Shown one piece after another: positions 16,962 to 26,652 of a stretch of 64,000 nt of DNA. Numbering within the stretch: position 1 is the first letter of the stretch; every line of letters starts with the position of its first letter. The position numbers and the translations under genes were made by a program. The notes beneath the pieces were generated by a model. The model saw only the letters and a list, made by a program, of their open reading frames with translations. It was not told the DNA's origin and did no database searches. This stretch comes from Clostridia bacterium (lineage in GTDB: Bacteria; Bacillota; Clostridia; Oscillospirales; Acutalibacteraceae). Location: the NCBI GenBank assembly GCA_017559305.1, contig JAFYSP010000028.1, positions 2,124 through 66,123 on the forward strand, read 5' to 3'.

Positions 16962-17942
16962 ATGAAAGCAATACTTGTTGATAAGGATAAAAATTTAGTT
17001 TGGTCGGATGTTGCCGACCCCATCATCAAGGATGACGAGGTTTTGGTAAAAATTTACGCAGCGGCATTAAACAGAGCCGACCTTTTGCAAAGAGAGGGCA
17101 AATACCCCTCTCCTGCAGGATGTCCCGAATGGATGGGACTCGAAATTGCGGGTGTAATCACCGAGGTTGGCAAAAATGTCACCGATTGGAAAGTGGGCGA
17201 CAAGGTTTGCGCTCTGCTCGGCGGCGGCGGATACGCTGAATACGTCGCAGTCAAATACGATATGCTTATGCCTATTCCAAAGGGACTTTCCTTCGTTGAG
17301 GCGGCATCTTTGCCTGAAGCATACGCAACCTCTTACTTAAACCTTTTCATTGAGGGACATCTTAAAGCCGGTCAGACCGCATTTATCCCTGCCGGCGCAT
17401 CGGGACTTGCAAGCGTTGCAATTCCTATGGCAAAAGCATTTGGCGCAAGGGTTATCACTTCGGTACTTTCGGATGAAATCAAAGAAAAAATCGCACATTT
17501 AGGTGCCGACGTTGTTATAAACTCCACAACCGAGGACGTTGCCGAAATCCTTTCAAATGAGGAGAAAAACGGCACACCCGTGGCAGTTTCAATGGACTGC
17601 CTTTGCGGAGAAACCCTCGGTAAAAGTTTGCCCTATATGGCTCGTGGCGGATATTGGGTTGTAATATCAACACTTGCAGGTGTTGAAACCAATCTTCAGA
17701 TAAGACCTTTGCTCACAAAGGGACTTCACCTCGTGGGCTCAATGCTTCGTAACCGTACACCCGAATTCAAGGCATACATTCTTTCGGAACTTGTCAAAAA
17801 CGTATGGCCTAAAATCGAGTGCGGCGAGATGAAACCGAGCATCTATAAGGTGCTTCCCATCACAATGGCCGAGGAGGCGCACGCCATCTTGCAAAGAGGC
17901 GAAAACGTCGGAAAGGTAGTGCTTACGGTCTGTGAAGAATAA
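16962..17942 (+). CDS. NAD(P)H:quinone oxidoreductase-type MDR (PIG3/Qor-like)
   Basis: VKIYAAALNRADLLQREGKYP...GLEIAGVI...GDKVCALLGGGGYAEY...PAGASGLASVAI...GKVVL. Confidence 0.85.
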   Translation: MKAILVDKDKNLVWSDVADPIIKDDEVLVKIYAAALNRADLLQREGKYPSPAGCPEWMGLEIAGVITEVGKNVTDWKVGDKVCALLGGGGYAEYVAVKYDMLMPIPKGLSFVEAASLPEAYATSYLNLFIEGHLKAGQTAFIPAGASGLASVAIPMAKAFGARVITSVLSDEIKEKIAHLGADVVINSTTEDVAEILSNEEKNGTPVAVSMDCLCGETLGKSLPYMARGGYWVVISTLAGVETNLQIRPLLTKGLHLVGSMLRNRTPEFKAYILSELVKNVWPKIECGEMKPSIYKVLPITMAEEAHAILQRGENVGKVVLTVCEE

Positions 17943-18825
17943 GGGTATATTTGTAAGCCTTGCCGTAATGCTTTTGTGGGGACTTTTGTTTCCGCTTGTA
18001 AAACTCGGTTATTCGGTTTTCGGTATTGAGGGAGTAGGCAGTATTCTCACCTTTGCAGGTCTGCGCTTTACAGTATGTGGAGTACTTATTACCGCATTTG
18101 CAGCCCTGAAATGCAAGGGTGGATTTAAAGGCCTTGGCAAAAACATAGCAGGTATTTTGGGCGCGGGACTTTTCTCCATAATTCTGCATTATGCCTGCAC
18201 CTATACGGGACTATCCTTGACCGAGGGCGGCAAAACCGCCATCATCAAGCAGATAGGCGCTGTGCTTTACATCTGCTTCGGCGCACTTTTCTTTAAAGAA
18301 GAACGCCTCACAATTCAAAAAATCGGCGGACTTTTGCTCGGTATTCTGGGAATACTCGCCATAAACTTCGGCTCTGGAAAACTCACCTTCGGAGTGGGTG
18401 ACTGGCTTATTATCGGGGCGTCCTTTTGTACCGTTTTTGCAAACGTTATAAGCAAGAAAACGTTAAGCAATACAGAACCTCTTGTGCTCACGGGAGTTTC
18501 TCAACTTTTCGGCGGCGTTGTTCTACTTGCGGTCGGTCTGATCGCAGGAGGAGATATAGTAACCGTAGTTCCCAAAACATTGCCTCAAGCATGTGTTTTC
18601 GTGGGAATTATTGCGGCGTCAGTCGTGAGTTACAGTCTTTGGTATTTGCTCGTTCAAAAAGAAAATCTTTCAAAACTGTTTATCATAAAATTCTCCGAGC
18701 CCCTTTTTGCCGCCGTTTTCGGTTGGCTCATAGGCGGAGAGAACATCTGGCAACTCAACTACTTGGTTGCCTTTGTGCTTATAAGTCTTGGAATAACGGT
18801 TGCCAATATAAAGAAAAAAGCCTGA
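17932..18825 (+). CDS. DMT superfamily (EamA-like) transporter
   Basis: About ten TM helices and a two-fold EamA repeat. The GTG start overlaps the upstream stop codon, so the start is uncertain; an alternative is the ATG at 17968. Confidence 0.75.
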   Translation: MKNKGIFVSLAVMLLWGLLFPLVKLGYSVFGIEGVGSILTFAGLRFTVCGVLITAFAALKCKGGFKGLGKNIAGILGAGLFSIILHYACTYTGLSLTEGGKTAIIKQIGAVLYICFGALFFKEERLTIQKIGGLLLGILGILAINFGSGKLTFGVGDWLIIGASFCTVFANVISKKTLSNTEPLVLTGVSQLFGGVVLLAVGLIAGGDIVTVVPKTLPQACVFVGIIAASVVSYSLWYLLVQKENLSKLFIIKFSEPLFAAVFGWLIGGENIWQLNYLVAFVLISLGITVANIKKKA

Positions 18826-18890
18826 TGTGAGGGCATCGGCAACGGGGAGCGCATATCCCAAAAATTCCCGATGCCCTCCGCTTTGCAATA

Positions 18891-18923
18891 AAAAACACTC
18901 GGTTTTCACCGAGTGTTTTTTTG
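18891..18923. terminator. Bidirectional terminator between the DMT gene and hisIE
   Basis: AAAAACACTCGG-TTTTCA-CCGAGTGTTTTTTT. Confidence 0.7.
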
Positions 18924-18925
18924 TT

Positions 18926-19579
18926 TTATACCATTTTTTCTTGTTTTACCTTGTGGTCAATGATGTGACGTGAGGCGAGTTCTCTGTGAACTTCCTCAAC
19001 CGATATATCCATCTGATTCATCAGTACCATTACGTGATACATAAGGTCAGCAATCTCGTAAACCGTTTCACGTTTGTCATCACTTTTAGCGGCGATAATA
19101 ACCTCGGTGCATTCCTCACCGACCTTTTTGAGTATCTTATCAAGACCTTTCTGGAAAAGGTAGGTAGTGTATGAACCTTCGGGGAGGTCTCTCTTTCTGC
19201 CTGCGAGAAGTTCATAAAGACCTTCGACGGTAAACTCCTGCAAAGTATCACTCTGAAAAACGGGATTTTCAAAGCAGGAATCGGTGCCTTTGTGACAGGC
19301 GGGACCGTCCTTTTCGACCACTACAACCAAAGCGTCCAGATCGCAATCGGCGGTGATGGACACGATGTGCTGATAATTGCCGCTCGTTTCGCCCTTGAGC
19401 CAGAGTTCGTTTCTTGACCTTGAGTAAAAGCAGGTAAGTTCCTTTTCCATGGAGATTTTGAGTGATTCCTCATTCATATAAGCAAGGGTCAAAACCTTTT
19501 TGGTAATAGAATCAACCACTATCGCAGGGATAAGACCCTTCTCGTCAAATTTAAGTTTAGAAATATCAAGATTTATCAT
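18926..19579 (-). CDS. hisIE: Bifunctional phosphoribosyl-AMP cyclohydrolase / phosphoribosyl-ATP diphosphatase
   Basis: GLIPAIVVDSITKKVLTLAYMNEESL...CHKGTDSCF is the HisI part and a HisE-type C-terminus follows (YTTYLFQKG...EA.DL.YH). Confidence 0.9.
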   Translation of the reverse strand: MINLDISKLKFDEKGLIPAIVVDSITKKVLTLAYMNEESLKISMEKELTCFYSRSRNELWLKGETSGNYQHIVSITADCDLDALVVVVEKDGPACHKGTDSCFENPVFQSDTLQEFTVEGLYELLAGRKRDLPEGSYTTYLFQKGLDKILKKVGEECTEVIIAAKSDDKRETVYEIADLMYHVMVLMNQMDISVEEVHRELASRHIIDHKVKQEKMV

Positions 19580-19581
19580 AT

Positions 19582-20340
19582 TTATAACCTCACGTTTATG
19601 CCGTTTTCTTTAAGTGTCTTTTTAAGGTCGGGGATGGCGACCTCGCCGAAGTGGAATATTGAAGCCGCAAGACCTGCCGAGATTTCGGGAATTTCTTTCC
19701 AGAGTCTCACAAAATCTTGCATACCGCCTGCGCCTCCCGATGCCACGATTGGCACCTTTACTGCGTCTTTGACGGCGCGTAGCATCTCAAGGTCGAATCC
19801 TTTTTTCACACCGTCGGTGTCAATGGAATTCACAACAACCTCGCCTGCGCCCATCTCAACGCATCTTTTTATCCAACTTATTGCTTCCATTCCGGTATCC
19901 TCTCTGCCGCCCTTGGCAAAGACTCTGAATTCGCCGTTCACACGTTTTATATCAGCCGAAAGGACTACGCATTGGTCACCGTAAAGCCGAGCCGCATCAC
20001 GAACGAGGTCGGGATTTTTAATGGCGCCCGAATTAACGCTGACCTTGTCGGCTCCGCATGAAAGCACACGGGCAAAATCGTCAAGAGTGTTGATACCGCC
20101 ACCAACTGTCAGAGGTATAAACACGTTACTTGCGACCTCTCTTAAAATATCGGTAAAAAGCGCTCTGCCTTCAGCAGATGCGGTAATGTCGTAAAAAACG
20201 AGTTCGTCAGCACCGATGTCGCTGTAATATTTGGCAAGTTTTACGGGTGAATCAACGTCTGCAAGACCTAAAAAGTTGGTACCCTTTACAACTCTGCCGT
20301 TTTTAACGTCAAGGCAGGGAACGATTCTTTTAGTTATCAT
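19582..20340 (-). CDS. hisF: Imidazole glycerol phosphate synthase, cyclase subunit
   Basis: KRIVPCLDVKNGRVVKGTNF...GADKVSVNS... Confidence 0.93.
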   Translation of the reverse strand: MITKRIVPCLDVKNGRVVKGTNFLGLADVDSPVKLAKYYSDIGADELVFYDITASAEGRALFTDILREVASNVFIPLTVGGGINTLDDFARVLSCGADKVSVNSGAIKNPDLVRDAARLYGDQCVVLSADIKRVNGEFRVFAKGGREDTGMEAISWIKRCVEMGAGEVVVNSIDTDGVKKGFDLEMLRAVKDAVKVPIVASGGAGGMQDFVRLWKEIPEISAGLAASIFHFGEVAIPDLKKTLKENGINVRL

Positions 20341-21050
20341 TTTGCCACCTCGATTGCATCACGCAGATCTACCGCGCCTACGTAATACGCCTTGCCGAGT
20401 ATTGCGCCGTAAAGATCAAGATTTTTGAGAGCTTTTATGTCGTCAATTGATGAAACACCGCCCGATGCGACGATGTCCATATCGAATTTAGCAGACAAAT
20501 CCTTGTAAAGTTCTCGGTTGGTACCTTGCATTGCGCCGTCTTTGGAAATGTCGGTACAAATCACTGTTTTGACCCCGATATTTTTAAGTTTCGTGAAGAA
20601 TTCATCGGGTGTCAGGGCGGATTTTTCCTTCCACCCCTTGATTGCGACAAAACCGTCCTTAATATCAACGCCGACTGCGATTTTGTCACCATACTTTTTA
20701 ACTGCGCTGACAAGCAGTTCTTCGTTTTGGACCGCCGCCGTACCGAGTATTACACGAGCTACACCGATTGAAAGATACCTTTCTATAACCTCTAAACTGC
20801 GAATGCCTCCGCCGACCTCGACTTTAAGCCCCGTATTTTTGACGATAGTATCGATTATTTCTATGTTGGGAGTGTTTCCGTCTCGAGCGCCCTCAAGGTC
20901 AACGAGGTGAATAAACTCGGCTCCTGCCGCCTTGAATTTTTCGGCGATTTCGGGTGGATTCGTGCTGTACACAGTCATATTGTCATAGTCCCCTTTATAA
21001 AGGCGGACCGCTTTTTTGTCATATAAATCTATTGCAGGTAAAATTAGCAT
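20337..21050 (-). CDS. hisA: ProFAR isomerase (1-(5-phosphoribosyl)-5-[(5-phosphoribosylamino)methylideneamino]imidazole-4-carboxamide isomerase)
   Basis: LILPAIDLYDKKAVRLYKGDY...VGGGIRS... The start is set at 21050, where TGATG overlaps the hisH stop codon. Confidence 0.9.
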   Translation of the reverse strand: MLILPAIDLYDKKAVRLYKGDYDNMTVYSTNPPEIAEKFKAAGAEFIHLVDLEGARDGNTPNIEIIDTIVKNTGLKVEVGGGIRSLEVIERYLSIGVARVILGTAAVQNEELLVSAVKKYGDKIAVGVDIKDGFVAIKGWKEKSALTPDEFFTKLKNIGVKTVICTDISKDGAMQGTNRELYKDLSAKFDMDIVASGGVSSIDDIKALKNLDLYGAILGKAYYVGAVDLRDAIEVAK

Positions 21051-21670
21051 CAAGCTTCTCCTAACTCGCAAAAACCGCGAAGGATGTCAAGACCCACGTC
21101 ACCGCTTTTTTCGGGGTGGAATTGGCATCCGTAAATATTATTTTGCGCTACTGCCGCTGTGAAAACTATATCGTAATCAGAGGTAGCGGCACTAGATGGC
21201 AGATTGTTCGGCGCATAGTATGAATGAACAAAATATACGTAATCGCCATCCTTTATATACTTGAAAAGAGGACAGTTTTTGTCCTTGATTTTAAGTGAAT
21301 TCCAGCCAATCTGCGGAATTTCGAGGTCCTTGCTTATGGCTTCCTTGAAAGGTAAAATTTCTCCCTCAAGAAGCCCTAAACCTTTGTGTTCACCGTATTC
21401 AAAACTTTTCTCAAAAAGCAGTTGCATACCGAGGCAAATTCCCATTATAGGTACTCCTGCCGCCGCTCTTTCCATAAGAATTTCGGCAAGACCGCTCGAA
21501 AAGAGTTTTTTTGCGGCGTCCTCGAATGCGCCGACACCGGGCAGTATTATTCTCTTTGCAGATTTTATCACTTCGGGGTCGGAGGACACTGTAACGTCTG
21601 CGCCGATTTTCTTAAAAGAGCAGAGGAGAGAAAAGAGGTTTCCTACACCGTAGTCAATTATAACTGTCAT
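21050..21670 (-). CDS. hisH: Imidazole glycerol phosphate synthase, glutaminase subunit
   Basis: VIIDYGVGNLFSL...LPGVGAF...GICLGMQLL...FVHSY. Confidence 0.93.
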   Translation of the reverse strand: MTVIIDYGVGNLFSLLCSFKKIGADVTVSSDPEVIKSAKRIILPGVGAFEDAAKKLFSSGLAEILMERAAAGVPIMGICLGMQLLFEKSFEYGEHKGLGLLEGEILPFKEAISKDLEIPQIGWNSLKIKDKNCPLFKYIKDGDYVYFVHSYYAPNNLPSSAATSDYDIVFTAAVAQNNIYGCQFHPEKSGDVGLDILRGFCELGEA

Positions 21671-22257
21671 TATAAAACTCCTTTGGTCGAGGGAATGGAA
21701 TCCTTGTTTTTCTCATCAATTGCCACTGCGGCGCCAAGACTTCTCGCAAAGGATTTGAAGGCGCCTTCAATTATGTGATGGGAATTGTATCCGTCAAGTT
21801 CGTTTATGTGAAGGGTGAGATTTGCTTTTCTCGTAAACGCTTCAAAAAACTCCCTCACAAGTTCGGTATCGAAATTGCCGACTGCGGCTGAAGGCACCTC
21901 TAAATTATAACGAAGAAAACTTCTGCCCGAAATGTCAACTGCCGTGACAATGAGCGCCTCATCCATCGGTAAAACGAAAAATCCGTATCTTGTGATGCCT
22001 TTTTTGTCGCCGAGAGCCGTGTTAAAAGCGTCGCCGAGCGCAATGCCGACGTCCTCAACCGTGTGGTGAGAGTCAACCTGTAAATCTCCAACGCATTTAA
22101 CCTCGAGGTCAAATCCGCCGTGCTTTGCAAAAAGGGTTAGCATGTGGTCGAAAAAGCCGACGCCTGTATCAATATTACTGTTGCCCTTTCCGTCAAGATT
22201 TAAGGTAAGCGCAATATCAGTTTCTGCAGTTTTTCTTTTGATTTGGGCAATTCTCAT
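21670..22257 (-). CDS. hisB: Imidazoleglycerol-phosphate dehydratase
   Basis: RKTAETDIALTLNLDG...FFDHML...HH.VED..IALG. Confidence 0.93.
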   Translation of the reverse strand: MRIAQIKRKTAETDIALTLNLDGKGNSNIDTGVGFFDHMLTLFAKHGGFDLEVKCVGDLQVDSHHTVEDVGIALGDAFNTALGDKKGITRYGFFVLPMDEALIVTAVDISGRSFLRYNLEVPSAAVGNFDTELVREFFEAFTRKANLTLHINELDGYNSHHIIEGAFKSFARSLGAAVAIDEKNKDSIPSTKGVL

Positions 22258-23321
22258 TACTGAATTTCTCCTAAAATTTCTTTTACTGCCGCAACAAAAA
22301 ATTCCATTTGTTCACGGCTGCCGATTGTGATTCGGTTGAATTCCTTGATTTTCTCGGCGGTAAAGTGACGGACGAGCACACCCTTGTCCTTGAGTTTCAA
22401 GTACAATTCCTCGCCCGCAATTTTATCACTTTTGGCAAAGAGGAAGTTCGCCTTTGAATCGAGTACCCAAAAGCCGAGTTTTTCAAGTTCTGCTTTTGTG
22501 TAGTCACGGTTTTCAATAATCTTCTGGCAATTATCAAGATAATATCCGTTTTCGCTCATTGCGGCAACGCCTGCCGCTGCCGTAAGACGATTTATATTAT
22601 AAGGATTGGTAGAGTATTTAATAAGTTCCAGATCTTTTATAATTTCCTCGTCGGCAAAGCAAAAACCAAGTCGGGCACCTGCCATACTTCTTGATTTTGA
22701 GAAGGTCTGACAAACGATAAGATTAGAATACTTATCTATAAGTTTATAACAAGACTCGCCGCCAAAGTCAATATATGCTTCGTCTATGAGTACAGCAGTA
22801 TCGGGGTTTGATGCCACGATTTGCTCGATTTCAGAAAGAGATAATGCAATTCCCGTAGGCGCATTGGGGTTGGCAAGTACCGTAAATTTGCCTGTGTTTT
22901 TGTAATCCTCAACATTTACAGTGAAATCATCGAGAAGGGGTATTTCCTTATAATCTATACCGTACAAATCGCCGAAAACCTTGTAAAATCCATAAGAAAT
23001 ATTGGGGAATACCGCGCCCGCAACGTTTCCGTAAAGCATAAAGGCAAAATTAAGAATTTCATCCGAACCGTTTGAAACGAAAACGTTTTTTGGATCTACT
23101 CCGTAAACCGCCGCAATGCTCTTTTTAAGTTCCGAACAAGTGGGATCGGAATAGAGTTTGAGGTTTGCGGCTTCATTGCTGTTTATAACACTTAAAACAG
23201 CAGGAGAAGGGGAATATGGAGACTCGTTGGTATTGAGTTTTATGTATTTTTTATCCTGCGGTTGTTCACCGGGAGTGTATTCTTTAAGCGAAGAAAATCG
23301 CTTGTCCTTAAAAATGCTCAT
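22257..23321 (-). CDS. hisC: Histidinol-phosphate aminotransferase
   Basis: IKLNTNESPYSPSP...TFSKSRSMAGARLG (PLP-lysine context). Confidence 0.9.
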   Translation of the reverse strand: MSIFKDKRFSSLKEYTPGEQPQDKKYIKLNTNESPYSPSPAVLSVINSNEAANLKLYSDPTCSELKKSIAAVYGVDPKNVFVSNGSDEILNFAFMLYGNVAGAVFPNISYGFYKVFGDLYGIDYKEIPLLDDFTVNVEDYKNTGKFTVLANPNAPTGIALSLSEIEQIVASNPDTAVLIDEAYIDFGGESCYKLIDKYSNLIVCQTFSKSRSMAGARLGFCFADEEIIKDLELIKYSTNPYNINRLTAAAGVAAMSENGYYLDNCQKIIENRDYTKAELEKLGFWVLDSKANFLFAKSDKIAGEELYLKLKDKGVLVRHFTAEKIKEFNRITIGSREQMEFFVAAVKEILGEIQ

Positions 23322-24598
23322 TATTCTTCCTCAAATCTTATTGTTGCACTCTTTGCGTGTGCGGTAAGTCCTTCTTTAGTCGCAAAGAAATGCACGTCCT
23401 CTGCCACCTTGGAAAGCGCCTGTTTGGTATAGTAGGTGTACTGTGTTTTCTTCACGAAATCATCAACCGACAAGGGACTTGAGAACTTGGCAGTTCCGCT
23501 TGTGGGAAGTGTGTGGTTAGGACCTGCATAATAGTCGCCGAGCGCTTCGGGGCAATATCTTCCCATAAATACGCTGCCTGCGTTTTTCACATGACCTAAA
23601 TACTCAAAGGGATCGTCAAGACAAAGTTCGAGATGTTCGGGGGCAATCTCGTTTGAAACCTCGATTGCTTCTTTTAAGTCTTTTGCAACTATTATCTTTC
23701 CGTTTTTATCAATAGACGCTCTTGCAATTTCGCTTCTTTCGAGCAAGGGTATTTGTTTTTCGAGTTCTTTTGATACTTCCTTAGCAAACTCCTCACTGTC
23801 TGTAACGAGAACTGCAGAGGCGTTTTTGTCGTGCTCTGCTTGTGAGAGAAGGTCAGCCGCTACAAACCGAGGGTTGCTCTTTGCATCTGACACAACCAGA
23901 ATTTCACTCGGTCCTGCAATCATATCAATAGCAACCAAACCGAAAACCTGTCTTTTCGCTTCGGCTACGAATGCATTTCCGGGGCCCACGATTTTGTCAA
24001 CCTTGGGGATTGACTCGGTGCCGTATGCAAGGGCGGCAACCGCTTGTGCGCCACCGCATTTGAAAATTCTGTCAACACCTGCAATTTTTGCCGCCGCAAG
24101 TATTACGGGGTTTATCTTGCCGAACTTGTCGGGAGGTGTTACTATGCACATTTCCTTTACACCTGCGATTTTTGCAGGGATAGAATCCATAAGCACGGTG
24201 GAGGGGTATGCCGCTGTGCCGCCGGGCACGTAAAGACCGACCTTTTCAATAGGTGTAACCTTCTGACCCATTATAATTCCGTCGGGACCTTCGATTTCAA
24301 AACCTTCACGTTTTTGGTTTTTGTGGAAGTTTTCGATGTTCTGGGCAGCGGTTGTAAGAATTTCTAAAAATTTCGGCTCAACCAATGCTACTGCCTCGGC
24401 AATCTCGTCCTTCGTAACCTCTAAAGAATCGAGTTTTGCTCCGTCGAATTTTTCGCAGTAACCTTTTACCGCCTTGTCACCGTTTTTGCGGACGTTATCA
24501 ATAATTTCAGAAACCACGCCCGACACGTCTACCTTCTCGGCAACACGGGCGAAAATTTCATCTTTTTTCACGCTGTTAAATTTAAGTATCTCAATCAT
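23321..24598 (-). CDS. hisD: Histidinol dehydrogenase
   Basis: LYVPGGTAAYPSTVLM...AGPSE...QAEHD... Confidence 0.93.
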   Translation of the reverse strand: MIEILKFNSVKKDEIFARVAEKVDVSGVVSEIIDNVRKNGDKAVKGYCEKFDGAKLDSLEVTKDEIAEAVALVEPKFLEILTTAAQNIENFHKNQKREGFEIEGPDGIIMGQKVTPIEKVGLYVPGGTAAYPSTVLMDSIPAKIAGVKEMCIVTPPDKFGKINPVILAAAKIAGVDRIFKCGGAQAVAALAYGTESIPKVDKIVGPGNAFVAEAKRQVFGLVAIDMIAGPSEILVVSDAKSNPRFVAADLLSQAEHDKNASAVLVTDSEEFAKEVSKELEKQIPLLERSEIARASIDKNGKIIVAKDLKEAIEVSNEIAPEHLELCLDDPFEYLGHVKNAGSVFMGRYCPEALGDYYAGPNHTLPTSGTAKFSSPLSVDDFVKKTQYTYYTKQALSKVAEDVHFFATKEGLTAHAKSATIRFEEE

Positions 24599-25229
24599 TT
24601 TTGTTCCTCACGATTTCGGCAAGACCCTCTTTAATTTTGTCAATGCCTTCTTGCTTGAATTTGTATGCTGTTTTGTTCGAAATAAGACGGGCGCTTATAT
24701 CAACGATCTTTTCTTTTGGTTCGAGGTCGTTTTCGAGAAGTGTTTTACCCGTTTCAACGATATCGACAATAACGTCGGACAATTCTAAAATCGGAGCGAT
24801 TTCAATAGAACCGTTGAGTTTTATTATATCAATATCTCTGCACTTTTCGGCATAATATTTTTTTGCGATATTTGAAAACTTCGTAGCCACACGAAGTGTT
24901 CTTGAGGGGTCGTCCCTGTAATCCTTTTTAGCGGCAACCGCCATATAGCATTTGCCCATCTTAAGATCTAAAAGTTCATAAACGTCGGGAGCGTATTCAA
25001 GCAAAATATCCTTACCTGCAACGCCTATGTCAGCAGCGCCACGTTCAACGTAAATCGAAACGTCCGACGGCTTGACCCAGAAAAATCTCACGCCTGCCTC
25101 GGCGTTTTCAAAAATAAGTTTGCGACCCTTTTCTTTGATGGAGGGGCAAGGAAAACCAGCCTGCTCAAACATATCGTAAACCTTTTCGCCAAGTCTTCCT
25201 TTCGGGAGAGCAACGTTTATAAATTCCAT
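24591..25229 (-). CDS. hisG: ATP phosphoribosyltransferase, short form
   Basis: ALPKGRLGEK...DVSIYVERGAADIGVAGKD. At 212 aa it is consistent with the HisZ-dependent short form. Confidence 0.9.
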   Translation of the reverse strand: MEFINVALPKGRLGEKVYDMFEQAGFPCPSIKEKGRKLIFENAEAGVRFFWVKPSDVSIYVERGAADIGVAGKDILLEYAPDVYELLDLKMGKCYMAVAAKKDYRDDPSRTLRVATKFSNIAKKYYAEKCRDIDIIKLNGSIEIAPILELSDVIVDIVETGKTLLENDLEPKEKIVDISARLISNKTAYKFKQEGIDKIKEGLAEIVRNKND

Positions 25230-25230
25230 A

Positions 25231-26319
25231 TTATTTCTCTCCTTTCAAAAGACTTATAACCTCTCGGCAGGTGACACCTTTCGGGATTTCACCCATAACT
25301 GCCACCGCCTTACCGCCGCAGGATAATTCTTTTACCTTTGCGATGACGTCGGCGGCGTCGATGCCTTCAATATCGGTTAAAACGTAATCATAATCAAATT
25401 CGTTTTTGCAAGTGCCGTGTCTTTCGAGCAAATCAAGATACACAGCAAAACCGATTGCAGATGAGTTTTTGTCCATCTTTTTCATAAGTTTATCGTATCT
25501 TCCGCCCGAGAGCACCTCTGAAGGAATACCCTTGACGTATCCCTTGAAAATAACACCGCTATAGTAACTGCGGTCGTTTACTATTGAGAAATCAACGTTG
25601 ATTTTTTTGGCAAATCCGAGTTTTTCGGCGGCTGTGAGAATGGATATAAAACTTTCCAATTCTTCTTGGGCGCCGAGACCTTTGAATGCGCTTAAAAGAG
25701 AGGCGGAGGACTTGTAGTTTGCAATTAACTTGTTTGCAACGGTCAAAGCGTTTTGGTCAATTTCATTTTCCTCGTAAAGAGAAGCGAGCGCATCACTTGA
25801 TTTCGAGCGAAGAGCCGAGATAATCTTTTTGCGAGTGTCACTTCCGATTGACAAGGTATCGAGCAAAGCGTTTACAAGACCTGCGTGAGAAATATCGAGA
25901 ATGAAATTCTCATCAATGGTTGCAAGACTCTCAAGAGCAAGACTTAAAACCTCGCACTCGTCGTAAGGAGTTACGTTGCCGATGCACTCAAGACCCGTCT
26001 GTGTGATTTCCTTAAAGGATTTCGAGTCGCCCGAAATTCTGTAAACGTTCTCATCATAATACAGTTTTTTGGTGCCGCCGTCATCGGTGGAATTTTTTAT
26101 GATAGAAAGAGTAACGTCGGGTTTTAAGGCGAGTAACTTTCCGTTTGTATCGGTAAAGGTTATGATGCCGTCAGAAATGAGGAAATCCTTGTTTTTGACG
26201 TAAAGGTCGTATTCCTCGAACTTGCTCATCTTGAATCGGCTGTAACCGAAAGAACTGTATAAAGAGCGGAGTTTAAGTGATGCCGCTTCTTCGTTTTTAA
26301 GAATTTTATTATTAAACAT
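25231..26319 (-). CDS. hisZ: ATP phosphoribosyltransferase regulatory subunit (HisRS paralog)
   Basis: HisRS-like core without an anticodon-binding domain, located directly upstream of the short hisG. Confidence 0.85.
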   Translation of the reverse strand: MFNNKILKNEEAASLKLRSLYSSFGYSRFKMSKFEEYDLYVKNKDFLISDGIITFTDTNGKLLALKPDVTLSIIKNSTDDGGTKKLYYDENVYRISGDSKSFKEITQTGLECIGNVTPYDECEVLSLALESLATIDENFILDISHAGLVNALLDTLSIGSDTRKKIISALRSKSSDALASLYEENEIDQNALTVANKLIANYKSSASLLSAFKGLGAQEELESFISILTAAEKLGFAKKINVDFSIVNDRSYYSGVIFKGYVKGIPSEVLSGGRYDKLMKKMDKNSSAIGFAVYLDLLERHGTCKNEFDYDYVLTDIEGIDAADVIAKVKELSCGGKAVAVMGEIPKGVTCREVISLLKGEK

Positions 26320-26327
26320 AACGGCAC

Positions 26328-26612
26328 CTACCTTTCAATGCGGCCAAGCACGATGTCGTATCCGCCGCTTCCGTACTTAATGCATTTACCGACTCGGCAA
26401 ACGGTAGCGGTCGAAGCACCCGTTTGTTCACTTATATCAGCGTAACTTTTGCCATCTTTAATAAGACCTGCAACCTCAAGGCGTTGGGCTATGGTTTCAA
26501 GTTCCTGAATGGTGCAGATGTCCTCAAAGAATTTATCGCACTCGTCAGCGTTTTTAAGAGAGAGCACCGCATTATATAATCTTTGGAGTTGTTTTTTATC
26601 AAATTTAGCCAT
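26328..26612 (-). CDS. YerC/YecD family TrpR-like DNA-binding protein (putative histidine operon regulator)
   Basis: LYNAVLSLKNADECDKFFEDICTIQELETIAQRLEVAGL...SYADISEQTGASTATVCRVGKCIKYG. It lies 8 nt upstream of hisZ. The ATG at 26612 follows the RBS GAGGA. Confidence 0.8.
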   Translation of the reverse strand: MAKFDKKQLQRLYNAVLSLKNADECDKFFEDICTIQELETIAQRLEVAGLIKDGKSYADISEQTGASTATVCRVGKCIKYGSGGYDIVLGRIER

Positions 26613-26652
26613 TTTAGTCCTCACTTGATCTCAAAAAATTTAATATGTTAGC

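Noticed and set aside
18426-18830. 134-aa alternative-frame plus-strand ORF inside the DMT transporter gene
   Set aside because: It lies on the same strand but in a different frame from a coherent 10-TM EamA protein. Its composition is Arg/Ser-rich and non-protein-like.
19598-24788. Plus-strand ORFs of 100-135 aa inside the his operon (for example 19598..19984, 20518..20910, 21261..21653, 23826..24233)
   Set aside because: All are antisense to unmistakable his genes. They have Ser/Pro/Thr-rich compositions typical of the antisense frame.
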